NCBI GenBank assembly: GCA_044463945.1
Contig: JBIQLW010000019.1
Location: forward strand, 8,990 to 72,989
Source of the DNA: Bradyrhizobiaceae bacterium
Lineage (GTDB): Bacteria; Pseudomonadota; Alphaproteobacteria; Rhizobiales; Xanthobacteraceae
Length of the DNA stretch: 64,000 nucleotides
Reading direction: 5' to 3'
The translations under genes and the position numbers were made by a program. The notes beneath the pieces were generated by a model. That model made no database searches. It had not been told where the DNA came from and worked only from the letters and a program-made list of their open reading frames with translations. Position 1 is the stretch's first letter; the number at the start of each line of letters is the position of its first letter. Of the stretch, positions 24,639-33,829 are shown piece after piece.

Positions 24639-26187
24639 CCGGCAGGTCCTCGTCCGGCGCGGCCGGCAGCGTCAGGTGAAACGTCGCGCCGCCGGCGGCG
24701 TTGTTCTCTCCCCACATGCGGCCGCCGTGCGCTTCCACGATCGACCGGCTGATTGAAAGCCCGACCCCCATGCCTGTGTCCTTGGTGGTGAAGAAAGTCT
24801 GAAACAGGTTGGCGAGCGCCACCTCGCTGAACCCGTGGCCGGTGTCCATCACCGACAGCGCGACCGTGTCGTCGGCGGCGCGCGCGCTGGACACGATCAG
24901 TTCGCGCCGCGCTACGCCCGCCATCGCCTCCAGCGCGTTGCGGAACAGGTTGACCAGAACCTGCTGGATCTGCACCCGGTCGACCAGCACGCGGTCACAC
25001 GTCGGATCGAGTTCGGAGCGCAGCATCACGTTCTGCTCGCGCGCGCCGGACAACCCCAGCGCGCCGGCTTCCTCGACCAGCCTGGCGAGGCTTTCGACGC
25101 GCTTTTCGGACTCGCGCCGGCTGACGAAATCCCGCAGGCGGCGAATGATCTGGCCGGCGCGCAGCGCCTGCTCGGCGGCGCGATCCAGCGCCATCCCGAC
25201 GCGGGCGGCATTGGGATCGGGGCTTGTCTCAAGCAGGCGGCGCGATCCCTTCATGTAGTTGCTGATGGCGGCGAGCGGCTGGTTGAGTTCGTGGGCCAGC
25301 GCCGAGGCCATCTCGCCCATGGCGCTCAGCCGCGAGACGTGGATCAGCTCCGATTGCAGTTCCTGAAGTTTTGCCTGGGTCTGCTGGTGCTCGGTGAGGT
25401 CGCGCACGAAGCCGGTGAAATGCCGCTCGCCGCCGGCGGTCATCTCGCCGACCGACAGGTGCATGGGAAAGGTCGAGCCGTCGCGGCGCTTTCCAGTGAC
25501 GATGCGGCCGATGCCGATGATGTGGCGTTCGCCGGTGGATTTGTAGCGCTCAAGGTAGCCGTCGTGCCGGCTGCGGTCCGGCTCCGGCATGAGAATGCTG
25601 ACGTTCTGCCCGACCGCCTCGGCTTCGGAGAAGCCGAACAGCCGCTGGGCGGCGGAGCTGAAGCGCTGGATGATGCCGTGGTCGTCGATCACGATCATCG
25701 CGTCCGGAACGGTATCGAGGATCGAATGGAGATGGCCCTCGCGTGCGCGCAACGCCTCCTCCAACTGCTTCTGATCGTCGATATCGAGCACCGCGCCGCA
25801 TACGCGGACGGGCGTGCCGTCCTCGTTCCTGACCAGGCCGCCGCGGGCGCGCACCCAGCGGCTTTTTCCGGACGTCTTGCGCAGCCGGTACTGAAGATCG
25901 AATCTAGCGCCTGTCTCGACGGTCCGTTGCAGCGCGGCCCGCGTGCGCTCCTGATCGTCGGGGTCGAGCCGCGACAGGAAAAGATCCAACGTCACCGCGG
26001 CGTCGGGCGCGACGCCGAACAACTGCCGCGCCGCGTTGGACCAGAACAACTCCCCGGTGGCGAGCGCAAGGTCCCAGATGCCGATGCCCGATCCGTCGAT
26101 GCCGCGTTGCAGATCGCGGTCGAGAAACAGCCCGCTCAACGCGGTTGAGCCGTCGTCGATCTCGGCGGTGGTGTTTCGGTGAGGCAT
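24628..26187 (-). CDS. fixL: Oxygen-sensing heme-PAS histidine kinase FixL
   Basis: Near-identical blocks to Bradyrhizobium FixL as remembered: [42 protein letters not shown] (heme His), [35 protein letters not shown]-box. Start MPHRN at 26187. Confidence 0.95.
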   Translation of the reverse strand: MPHRNTTAEIDDGSTALSGLFLDRDLQRGIDGSGIGIWDLALATGELFWSNAARQLFGVAPDAAVTLDLFLSRLDPDDQERTRAALQRTVETGARFDLQYRLRKTSGKSRWVRARGGLVRNEDGTPVRVCGAVLDIDDQKQLEEALRAREGHLHSILDTVPDAMIVIDDHGIIQRFSSAAQRLFGFSEAEAVGQNVSILMPEPDRSRHDGYLERYKSTGERHIIGIGRIVTGKRRDGSTFPMHLSVGEMTAGGERHFTGFVRDLTEHQQTQAKLQELQSELIHVSRLSAMGEMASALAHELNQPLAAISNYMKGSRRLLETSPDPNAARVGMALDRAAEQALRAGQIIRRLRDFVSRRESEKRVESLARLVEEAGALGLSGAREQNVMLRSELDPTCDRVLVDRVQIQQVLVNLFRNALEAMAGVARRELIVSSARAADDTVALSVMDTGHGFSEVALANLFQTFFTTKDTGMGVGLSISRSIVEAHGGRMWGENNAAGGATFHLTLPAAPDEDLPDVA

Positions 26188-26326
26188 CGCGTCATGGGTC
26201 CGCAGGCTTCGAAGACACATTCTCACTTGCCCGTCGCGGTCAGCATATCGCCGGAGGGGCGGGCGGACCAGAGCGGCAGCGGGGGACGATCGGTCGCGGG
26301 CGAGGGGCCGCCGTTGCCATCCCGCG

Positions 26327-26770
26327 TCAGGCGGTCTGGAGATGGCCGCGCGCCCATTCGACGATCTGATGGACGTTCATCGCGCCGGAGACGCGGTCTT
26401 GCTCGCGGCCGTCGCGAAACAGGATCATGGTCGGGATACCGCGAATGCCGAGCCGCGCCGCGACATCGGGCTCGGCGTCGGAGTTGAGCTTGATGAGCCG
26501 CATCTCGGGTTCGAGCTGCACCGCCGCGGCCGCGTAGGCCGGCGCCATCATCCGGCACGGCCCGCACCACGGCGCCCAGACATCGACCAGCACCGGAACG
26601 CCGCTGCGCGCGATCTGCCGCGCATACATCGCGGCGTCGGCATCGACCGGATGGCCGTCGAACAGCGCCGCCTTGCAGACGCCGCAGCGCGCGGCGCTGG
26701 GGTCGCGGCCGCCGGCCACCCGGTTCACCGCCGCGCAATGCGGGCAGACGATGTTGCGATCTGCGGTCAT
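26327..26770 (-). CDS. trxC: Thioredoxin 2 (TrxC-type, N-terminal zinc finger)
   Basis: [10 protein letters not shown]...CGVCKAAL zinc-finger motif and WAPWCGPCR active site. Confidence 0.9.
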   Translation of the reverse strand: MTADRNIVCPHCAAVNRVAGGRDPSAARCGVCKAALFDGHPVDADAAMYARQIARSGVPVLVDVWAPWCGPCRMMAPAYAAAAVQLEPEMRLIKLNSDAEPDVAARLGIRGIPTMILFRDGREQDRVSGAMNVHQIVEWARGHLQTA

Positions 26771-26852
26771 GTCGTCCTTCCTTGTCGTTGCCGGGACATC
26801 AGGGCGCTCGCCAGCACATGGTTCGCCGGGCGCGCCGTTCAACGCCGGGGGT

Positions 26853-27185
26853 TCATTTCCTTGGCTTCCCGCGCGACGGTTTGCGGCCGCCGGCCGTGCA
26901 GAACGCCGCGTGCAGCGCGCCGACGATGGTCAGGATCTCCGGCCGGGTGATGGAATAATACACCGTAGTGCCCTCGCGGCGGGCCTCGACCAGCCCGTCC
27001 GAACGCAGCCGCATCAGTTGCTGCGACATCGGCACCTGCTCGATGTCGAGCTGCTGGCGCAGTTCGGCCACCGACTTCTCGCCGTCCACCAGCGCGCACA
27101 GCACCAGAAGGCGCTGCGGGTGGGACAGGCTGCGCATCAGCGTCGCGGCCGACTCGGCGGCCGGAATCATTTCTCTTACATTCAT
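26853..27185 (-). CDS. ArsR/SmtB-family regulator of the BigR/SqrR (persulfide-sensing) type
   Basis: LSHPQRLLVLCAL HTH region; two Cys (LVLCAL and AAFCTAG) spaced as in BigR/SqrR; divergent from sqr. Confidence 0.85.
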   Translation of the reverse strand: MNVREMIPAAESAATLMRSLSHPQRLLVLCALVDGEKSVAELRQQLDIEQVPMSQQLMRLRSDGLVEARREGTTVYYSITRPEILTIVGALHAAFCTAGGRKPSRGKPRK

Positions 27186-27195
27186 AGTCTTGAAT
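27180..27195. promoter_or_regulatory. ATTC-N8-GAAT inverted repeat (SqrR/BigR-type operator candidate) in the AT-rich divergent promoter
   Basis: ATTCATAGTCTTGAAT overlapping the regulator start codon, followed by a second imperfect ATTT-N9-GAAT (27194-27210). Confidence 0.4.
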
Positions 27196-27352
27196 TTATA
27201 ATATTTGAATGCTACGTACAAGCCCGGAACCTTGAGAAGGCTCAAGCGGTCCGCGGCGAGCGGTCCCTACAGTCATAAGGTCCCGGTTTGGAGAAGCAAG
27301 ACGCCAACGCCGCCGGCGGACACCGGCGGCAACCTCGAACGGAGGGAATGCC

Positions 27353-28645
27353 ATGTCTCATATCGTGGTTCTCGGCGCCGGTCTGGGTGGCCTTCTCATG
27401 GCCTATGAGATGAAGGCCCGGATGCGGCGCGACGACCGCCTGACCGTCGTCAGTCTCGGCTCGACCTATTCCTTTGTGCCCTCGAATCCGTGGGTCGCCG
27501 TCGGCTGGCGGCAACCTGACGACATCGCCGTCGATCTCGCGCCGGTGCTGAAGGCGCGCGACATCGCCTTGCGGCCGGAGGGCGCCAAGCGCGTCCATCC
27601 GAACGACAACCGCATCGAACTCAACGACGGTTCGATGATCGACTACGACTATCTGATCGTCGCCACCGGGCCGGACCTCGCTTTCGACGAAATCCCCGGC
27701 TTCGGCCCCGAGGGGCACACCCAGTCGGTGTGCCAGATCGATCATGCCGTTGCCGCCAAGGCGGCGTTCGACAAGCTCGTCAAGACACCGGGGCCGGTGG
27801 TGATCGGCGCGGTGCAGGGCGCGTCCTGCTACGGGCCGGCCTATGAGTTCGCCTTCATTCTCGACACCGCGCTGCGCAACGCCCGCGTCCGCGACCGGGT
27901 GCCGATGACCTTCGTGACCCCTGAGCCTTACATCGGCCATCTCGGGCTCGACGGCGTCGGCGACACCAAGGGGCTGATCGAAAGCGCGATGCGCGAGCGT
28001 CACATCAAATGGATCACCAACGCCCGCACCACCAGGGTCGAAGCCGGCAAGCTCAACGTCGAGGAGGTCAATGACGATGGCTCGGTCAAGACCATTCACG
28101 AACTGCCGTTCGCGTTCTCGATGCTGCTGCCCGCGTTCCGCGGCGTGCCGGCGGTCGCCGGCATCGAGGGGCTGACCAATCCGCGCGGCTTCATCGTCAT
28201 CGACAAGCATCAGCGCAATCCGGCGTTTCCGAACGTCTTCGGCATCGGCGTGTGCGTCGCCATCCCGCCGGTCGGCAAGACGCCGCTCGCGATCGGCGTG
28301 CCGAAAACCGGCTTCATGATCGAATCGATGGCCACCGCCACCGCCGAGAACATCGGCGCGCTGCTGAAGGGCGAGACGCCGAAGGCGGTCGCGACCTGGA
28401 ACGCGGTCTGCCTCGCCGATTTCGGCGACGACGGCATCGCCTTCGTCGCGCAGCCGCAGATTCCGCCGCGCAACGTCAACTGGTCGTCGCAGGGCTATTG
28501 GGTCCATGCCGCCAAGGTCGGCTTCGAGAAATACTTCCTGCGCAAGATCCGGCAGGGCAAGGCCGAAACCTTCTACGAAAATCTCGTCCTCGACGTGCTC
28601 GGCATCAAGAAGCTGAGGGACATCCACATGGAGACGGCCGACTAG
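27353..28645 (+). CDS. sqr: Sulfide:quinone oxidoreductase
   Basis: IVVLGAGLGGL FAD motif, 430 aa. Redox Cys contexts GAVQGASCYGPAYEF and GIGVCVAIPP; C-terminal amphipathic membrane-binding tail. Confidence 0.93.
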   Translation: MSHIVVLGAGLGGLLMAYEMKARMRRDDRLTVVSLGSTYSFVPSNPWVAVGWRQPDDIAVDLAPVLKARDIALRPEGAKRVHPNDNRIELNDGSMIDYDYLIVATGPDLAFDEIPGFGPEGHTQSVCQIDHAVAAKAAFDKLVKTPGPVVIGAVQGASCYGPAYEFAFILDTALRNARVRDRVPMTFVTPEPYIGHLGLDGVGDTKGLIESAMRERHIKWITNARTTRVEAGKLNVEEVNDDGSVKTIHELPFAFSMLLPAFRGVPAVAGIEGLTNPRGFIVIDKHQRNPAFPNVFGIGVCVAIPPVGKTPLAIGVPKTGFMIESMATATAENIGALLKGETPKAVATWNAVCLADFGDDGIAFVAQPQIPPRNVNWSSQGYWVHAAKVGFEKYFLRKIRQGKAETFYENLVLDVLGIKKLRDIHMETAD

Positions 28646-28667
28646 GCCGCTCCGCAAACCAAAGGAG

Positions 28668-28877
28668 ATGATGATGACGGTCGATCGCGCGGTGATGTTG
28701 TTCGCGGGCTTCATGGTTCTGGCCTCGCTGGGGCTGGGTTTCTACGTGTCGCCCTGGTGGTATCTGCTCACGGCCTTTGTCGGGTTCAACCTGATGCAGG
28801 CGTCGATCACCGGCTTCTGTCCGGCGGCGATGATCTTCCGGAGACTCGGCTGCCCCGCCGGCATGGCGTTCAAATAA
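28668..28877 (+). CDS. DUF2892 (YgaP C-terminal-like) small membrane protein
   Basis: ...RAVMLFAGFMVLASLGLGFYVSPWWYLLTAFVGFNLMQASITGFCPAAMIFRRLG. The third ATG (28674) is better spaced from the AAGGAG RBS. Confidence 0.75.
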   Translation: MMMTVDRAVMLFAGFMVLASLGLGFYVSPWWYLLTAFVGFNLMQASITGFCPAAMIFRRLGCPAGMAFK

Positions 28878-28891
28878 CAACCCGTATCGTG

Positions 28892-29959
28892 ATGATGCGG
28901 CGGCCGGGCAAAGCCCCGCCGTCGCTGGTGAAAGCTTCGCGTCTCATGTTCCGACTGATTTCGCGCGCTGGGGCGGTGATCCTCGTGGTGACGCTGGTTC
29001 TCGGCATCGCGGAGGCGTGGGCCGCCGAATTTACCGTCCGGGCGATCACCATCCCCGAGATGAAGGCGGTGTTCGGCCAGGTCGAAAGCCGCATCGTGGT
29101 GCCGGCGCGCGCCCGCATCGGCGGCTCGGTGCGTGAGCTTCGCGTCACGCAGGGCGATCAGGTCCGCGAAGGGCAGGCGATCGCCGTTGTCGTCGACGAC
29201 AAGCTCAAGCTTCAGCTCAACGCCGCCGACGCCAAGATCGAGGCGCTCAACTCGCAACTCGACAACGCGCGGATCCAGTTGGACCGGGCGCAGCAGCTTC
29301 GCGCCACCGGCACCGGGACGCAGGCCAGCCTCGACCAGGCGCGGATGCAGTTCGAGGTGGCGACCAATCAGGTCGCCGCCGCCAGGGCCGAGAAGACCGT
29401 CATCGAGCAGAGCGCGCGGGAGGGCACCGTGCTGGCGCCTGCGGCGGGCCGCGTGCTCACCGTGCCGGTGACGCTCGGCTCCGTGGTGATGCCCGGCGAG
29501 GATATCGCCCGCATCGCGCCGGGGCCGTATTATCTGCGGTTGTCGCTGCCGGAGCGCCATGCCGGCGAAATCGTGCAGGGCGCCGACGTGGTGGTCGGCG
29601 CGCGCGGGCTGACGAGCGCGCCGGGCGAACTGTCCGCCGCGCATCGCGGCCGCATCGCCAAGGTCTATCCGGAGATTGCCGACGGGCGCGTGATCGCCGA
29701 CGTCGAGGTCGATGGCGTCGGCGATTACTTCGTCAACGAGCGGACGCTGGTGTCGATCCCGGTCGGCAAGCGCACGGTGCTCGCCGTGCCGCCGGCGGCG
29801 ATCCGCACCACCCACGGCGTCGATTATGTCCGCGTCGTCACCGGCGGCGGCGCGATGGACGTCGCCGTCATTCTCGGCGAAGCCTTTACCGACAACGGCG
29901 CGGGCCGCATCGAAATTCTCACCGGCCTGCGTGACGGCGACCGGATCGTGCTGCCATGA
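28892..29959 (+). CDS. RND efflux periplasmic adaptor (membrane fusion protein)
   Basis: N-terminal anchor, lipoyl-like VRELRVTQGDQVREGQAI, coiled coil (LNAADAKIEALNSQLDNARIQLDRAQQL), beta-barrel. Start uncertain (28889-28946). Confidence 0.88.
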   Translation: MMRRPGKAPPSLVKASRLMFRLISRAGAVILVVTLVLGIAEAWAAEFTVRAITIPEMKAVFGQVESRIVVPARARIGGSVRELRVTQGDQVREGQAIAVVVDDKLKLQLNAADAKIEALNSQLDNARIQLDRAQQLRATGTGTQASLDQARMQFEVATNQVAAARAEKTVIEQSAREGTVLAPAAGRVLTVPVTLGSVVMPGEDIARIAPGPYYLRLSLPERHAGEIVQGADVVVGARGLTSAPGELSAAHRGRIAKVYPEIADGRVIADVEVDGVGDYFVNERTLVSIPVGKRTVLAVPPAAIRTTHGVDYVRVVTGGGAMDVAVILGEAFTDNGAGRIEILTGLRDGDRIVLP

Positions 29960-32900
29960 AACTCGGGATCGCAGGCGGCCTGACGCGAGCCTTCATCGCG
30001 TCGCCCCTGACGCCGCTGTTCCTGCTGGCGTCGCTGGCGCTCGGGCTGGTCGCGCTGGTGACGCTGCCGCGCGAGGAGGAGCCGCAGATCTCGGTGCCGA
30101 TGGTCGATATCCACGTCACCGCCAACGGCTTGAGGGCGGAGGACGCCGTCAAGCTGGTGACCGAGCCGTTGGAGACCATCGTCAAGAGCATCGACGGCGT
30201 CGAGCACGTCTATTCGCAGACCGAGGACGACGGCACCGTGGTCACCGCGCGTTTCAAGGTCGGCACCAACTCCGACGCCGCCATTCTCCGGGTGCACGAG
30301 AAGGTGCGCGCCAACATCAACCGCATCCCGGTCGGCATTCCCGAGCCGCTGATCGTCGGCCGCGGCATCGACGATGTGGCGATCGTAGTGGTGACGCTGC
30401 GCCCGACGCCGGACGTGGCGGCGCGCTGGACCGCGAACGGGCTGACGCGGCTGGCCCGCGAGTTGCAGGTCGAGGTGTCGAAGCTGCCCGACATCGGCCT
30501 CACCTATCTGGTCGGCGAGCAGCCCGAGCAGTTCCGCGTCGAGCCCGATCCCGAGCGGCTGTCGCTGTACGGCATCACGCTGCAACAGCTTGCCGCCAAG
30601 ATCGAGGGCGCCAACAGCTCGTTCCGTGTCGGCACCGTGCGCGAACAGACGCAGCAGCGCGCCATCGTCGCCGGCCAGACCTTGCAGGCGCTGCCCGAGA
30701 TCGGCAACATCCTGTTGACGGCGCGCGACGGCCGCCCGGTCTATGTCCGCGACGTCGCCCGTGTCGTGCTGGCGACCGCGCCCGCCGAAAACCGCGTCAC
30801 CGATATCCGCAAGACGGCGGAGGCCGCGCTTGAGCACGCGCCCGCCGTCTCGCTCGCCATCGCCAAGCGCCCCGGCGCCAACGCGGTGGTGATCGCCGAC
30901 GAGATCGTGCGGCGGCTGGAGCAGGCGCGCGGGCAGATCTTCCCCGAAGACGTCGAGATGACTGTCACCCGCAACTACGGCGAGACGGCCAACGAGAAAG
31001 CCAACGAACTGCTGTTCCATCTCGGCCTCGCCACGATTTCGATCGTGATTCTGGTCGCGGTCGCCATCGGCTGGCGCGAGGCGCTGGTGGTGGCGGTGGT
31101 GATCCCCACCACCATCCTGCTGACGCTGTTCGCGTCGTGGATCATGGGCTACACGCTCAACCGCGTCAGCCTGTTCGCGCTGATCTTCTCCATCGGCATT
31201 CTGGTGGACGACGCCATCGTGGTGATCGAGAACATCGCCCGCCACTGGGCGATGCGCGACGGCCGCTCGCGCGCGCAGGCCGCGATCGACGCGGTCGCCG
31301 AGGTCGGCAATCCGACCATCGTCGCGACGCTGACGGTGGTGGCGGCGCTGCTGCCGATGCTGTTCGTGTCCGGCATGATGGGGCCCTACATGAGCCCGAT
31401 CCCGGCCAACGCCTCGGCCGCGATGCTGTTCTCGTTCTTCGTCGCCGTCATCCTGACGCCGTGGCTGATGATGAAGCTTGGAGGGGCCGGCGCGGCTGGC
31501 GGTCACGAGGAAGCCGGCGGTGGTCGCCTCGGCCGGCTCTATGTCGCGGTCGCGAAGCCCATTCTGGCGTCGCGCCGGCGCGCGTGGATTTTCCTGGCTC
31601 TGGTCGGGGTCGCGACGCTGGCCTCGCTCGCGCTGTTCTACACCAGGCACGTCACGGTGAAGCTTTTGCCGTTCGACAACAAGGCCAATCTTCAGGTCGT
31701 GCTCGATCTGCCGAAAGGATCGTCGGTCGAGGACACCGACCGGGCGCTGCAAATGATGGCGGAGCGGCTCGCCCCGGTGCCGGAGATCGTCTCGTTCCAG
31801 ACCTATGCCGGCACCGCCGCGCCGTTCGATTTCAACGGTCTGGTGCGGCATTATTATCTGCGCGCCGGCCCCGAGCAGGGCGACATCGCCATCAACCTTT
31901 TGCCGAAGGGCGACCGCGCGCGGGCGAGCCACGCCATCGCGCTGGAGGTGCGCGAGCGGCTGCGCGGCATCGGCCTGCCGCAGGGCACGATCGTCAAGGT
32001 GGTGGAGCCGCCGCCCGGCCCGCCGGTGCTGGGCACGCTGCTGGCCGAGATCTACGGTCCCGATGCCGACACCCGGCGCGCGGTGGCCGCCAAGGTGCGC
32101 GCGGCGTTTGCGAGCGTGCCGTTCATCGTCGATGTCGACGACAGTTACCACAACGCGCCGCAGCGGGTGCGCGTCGCGATCAATCAGGACAACCTCGAAT
32201 ACTACAAGGTCGAGCAGGCCGACGTGTACGACACGCTGCGCTATCTCTACGGCGGCGCCACGGTCGGCTATTCCCAGCGCGGCGGCGGCCGCTACCCGAT
32301 CGCCATCCGCCTCGCGTTGCCCAAGGCCGGCGCGGTGATGGACGCGCGCGCGCTGACCACGCCGGTGCCCGCCAACGCGCTGCCCGGCGGCCGCGGCGTG
32401 GTCGAGCTTGGCGACGTCGTCGGCGTGTCGCGCGAACCGGCGTCGTGGCCGGTGTTCCGCCACAACGGCCGCCCCGCCGAGATGGTGATGGCCGAGCTCG
32501 CCGGCGCCTATGAAGCGCCGATCTACGGAATGCTCGCGGTGCGCGACGCGATCGAGCGGATCGACTGGGGCAACCTGCCCAAGCCCGAAATTGCGCTGCA
32601 CGGCCAGCCCGACGACGAGAGCCGCCCGACACTGTTGTGGGACGGCGAATGGGAGGTGACGTGGGTGACCTTCCGCGACATGGGCGCGGCCTTCATGGTG
32701 GCGATCCTCGGCATTTACATCCTCGTCGTCGCGCAGTTCGGCTCGTTCAAGCTGCCGCTGGTGATCCTGACGCCGATCCCACTCACCTTCATCGGCATCA
32801 TGCTCGGCCACTGGCTGTTTAACGCGCCGTTCACCGCGACATCGATGATCGGCTTCATCGCGCTGGCCGGCATCATCGTGCGCAACTCGATCCTGCTGGT

Positions 32901-33198
32901 GGATTTCATCCGCCACGCGCGCCGGCCCGATCAGCCGCTGCGCGATATCCTGCTGGAAGCCGGCGCGATCCGCTTCAAGCCGATCCTTTTGACCGCCATC
33001 GCGGCGATGATCGGCGCGGCGGTGATCCTCACCGATCCGATCTTCCAGGGGCTGGCGATCTCGCTGCTGTTCGGCCTCGCGTCCTCCACCGCGCTCACCG
33101 TGCTGGTCATCCCGGCGATCTACGTCGTGCTGCGCGGTGGCCGGCGCACGCCGCCGTCCCCGTCGCCCACGGCTGAGGCCGGTGCGGCGTTACCCTGA
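29956..33198 (+). CDS. RND (AcrB/AcrD/AcrF-family) efflux transporter
   Basis: 1080 aa, 12-TM/two-porter-domain architecture; ATGA overlap with the adaptor gene; no outer-membrane factor gene adjacent. Confidence 0.95.
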   Translation: MKLGIAGGLTRAFIASPLTPLFLLASLALGLVALVTLPREEEPQISVPMVDIHVTANGLRAEDAVKLVTEPLETIVKSIDGVEHVYSQTEDDGTVVTARFKVGTNSDAAILRVHEKVRANINRIPVGIPEPLIVGRGIDDVAIVVVTLRPTPDVAARWTANGLTRLARELQVEVSKLPDIGLTYLVGEQPEQFRVEPDPERLSLYGITLQQLAAKIEGANSSFRVGTVREQTQQRAIVAGQTLQALPEIGNILLTARDGRPVYVRDVARVVLATAPAENRVTDIRKTAEAALEHAPAVSLAIAKRPGANAVVIADEIVRRLEQARGQIFPEDVEMTVTRNYGETANEKANELLFHLGLATISIVILVAVAIGWREALVVAVVIPTTILLTLFASWIMGYTLNRVSLFALIFSIGILVDDAIVVIENIARHWAMRDGRSRAQAAIDAVAEVGNPTIVATLTVVAALLPMLFVSGMMGPYMSPIPANASAAMLFSFFVAVILTPWLMMKLGGAGAAGGHEEAGGGRLGRLYVAVAKPILASRRRAWIFLALVGVATLASLALFYTRHVTVKLLPFDNKANLQVVLDLPKGSSVEDTDRALQMMAERLAPVPEIVSFQTYAGTAAPFDFNGLVRHYYLRAGPEQGDIAINLLPKGDRARASHAIALEVRERLRGIGLPQGTIVKVVEPPPGPPVLGTLLAEIYGPDADTRRAVAAKVRAAFASVPFIVDVDDSYHNAPQRVRVAINQDNLEYYKVEQADVYDTLRYLYGGATVGYSQRGGGRYPIAIRLALPKAGAVMDARALTTPVPANALPGGRGVVELGDVVGVSREPASWPVFRHNGRPAEMVMAELAGAYEAPIYGMLAVRDAIERIDWGNLPKPEIALHGQPDDESRPTLLWDGEWEVTWVTFRDMGAAFMVAILGIYILVVAQFGSFKLPLVILTPIPLTFIGIMLGHWLFNAPFTATSMIGFIALAGIIVRNSILLVDFIRHARRPDQPLRDILLEAGAIRFKPILLTAIAAMIGAAVILTDPIFQGLAISLLFGLASSTALTVLVIPAIYVVLRGGRRTPPSPSPTAEAGAALP

Positions 33199-33214
33199 AC
33201 CAGAGGAGTCTGTC

Positions 33215-33601
33215 ATGAGCTATTACTTCGCAAAGACGCTTCATTGCTCGTTCGACGAGGCCGTGCAGCACGCCACCGCCGCGCTGAAGAATGCCGGCTT
33301 CGGCATCATCACCGAGATCGACGTCAAAACGACGTTCAAGCAGAAGCTCGGCATCGATTTCCGCGGCTATCGCATTCTCGGCGCGTGCAATCCCGGCATG
33401 GCGCGCGAGGCGCTGGAGATCGAGGACAAGATCGGCACCATGTTGCCGTGTAACGTGATCGTTCAGGACCTCGGCGGCGGCGCCGTCGAGGTCGCGGCCA
33501 TCGATCCGGTCGCGTCGATGGCCGCGGTGCCGAACCCGACGCTGCATCAGGTGGCGGGCAAGGTGCGCGACATGCTGCGCAAGGTCGTCGAGGCGCTGTG
33601 A
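33215..33601 (+). CDS. DUF302 domain protein
   Basis: MSYYFAKTLHCSFDEAVQHATAALKNAGFGIITEIDVKTTFKQKLGIDFRGYRILGACNP...MLPCNVIV, classic DUF302 pattern. Confidence 0.85.
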   Translation: MSYYFAKTLHCSFDEAVQHATAALKNAGFGIITEIDVKTTFKQKLGIDFRGYRILGACNPGMAREALEIEDKIGTMLPCNVIVQDLGGGAVEVAAIDPVASMAAVPNPTLHQVAGKVRDMLRKVVEAL

Positions 33602-33666
33602 CGGAGGATCGTTCCGGCAACGGCGGCGCGATCCCTGAAAGCACGAAAGAGCGTGCAACGCGGTAA

Positions 33667-33772
33667 CCGTCATACTCGGCGAAGGCGGAGTATCCAGTAT
33701 TCCGTATTGGATTAAATTTTCCATACGCCCACCCGGATTACGGGATCGTCCGCCTTCGCGGACGATGACGCC
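33667..33772. repeat. REP family C copy 2
   Basis: CCGTCATACTCGGCGAAGGCGGAGTATCCAGTATTCC...GGGATCGTCCGCCTTCGCGGACGATGACGCC. Confidence 0.7.
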
Positions 33773-33829
33773 TCGTTTCCGGTCGGGTTCTCTGGATCAC
33801 GCCGTCGGTGAACCTTAACTCATCAGCCC

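Noticed and set aside
23859-24752. 297-aa plus-strand ORF
   Set aside because: It starts inside REP family A and runs antisense to fixJ.
29824-32916. 1030-aa minus-strand ORF
   Set aside because: Antisense shadow of the RND transporter gene.
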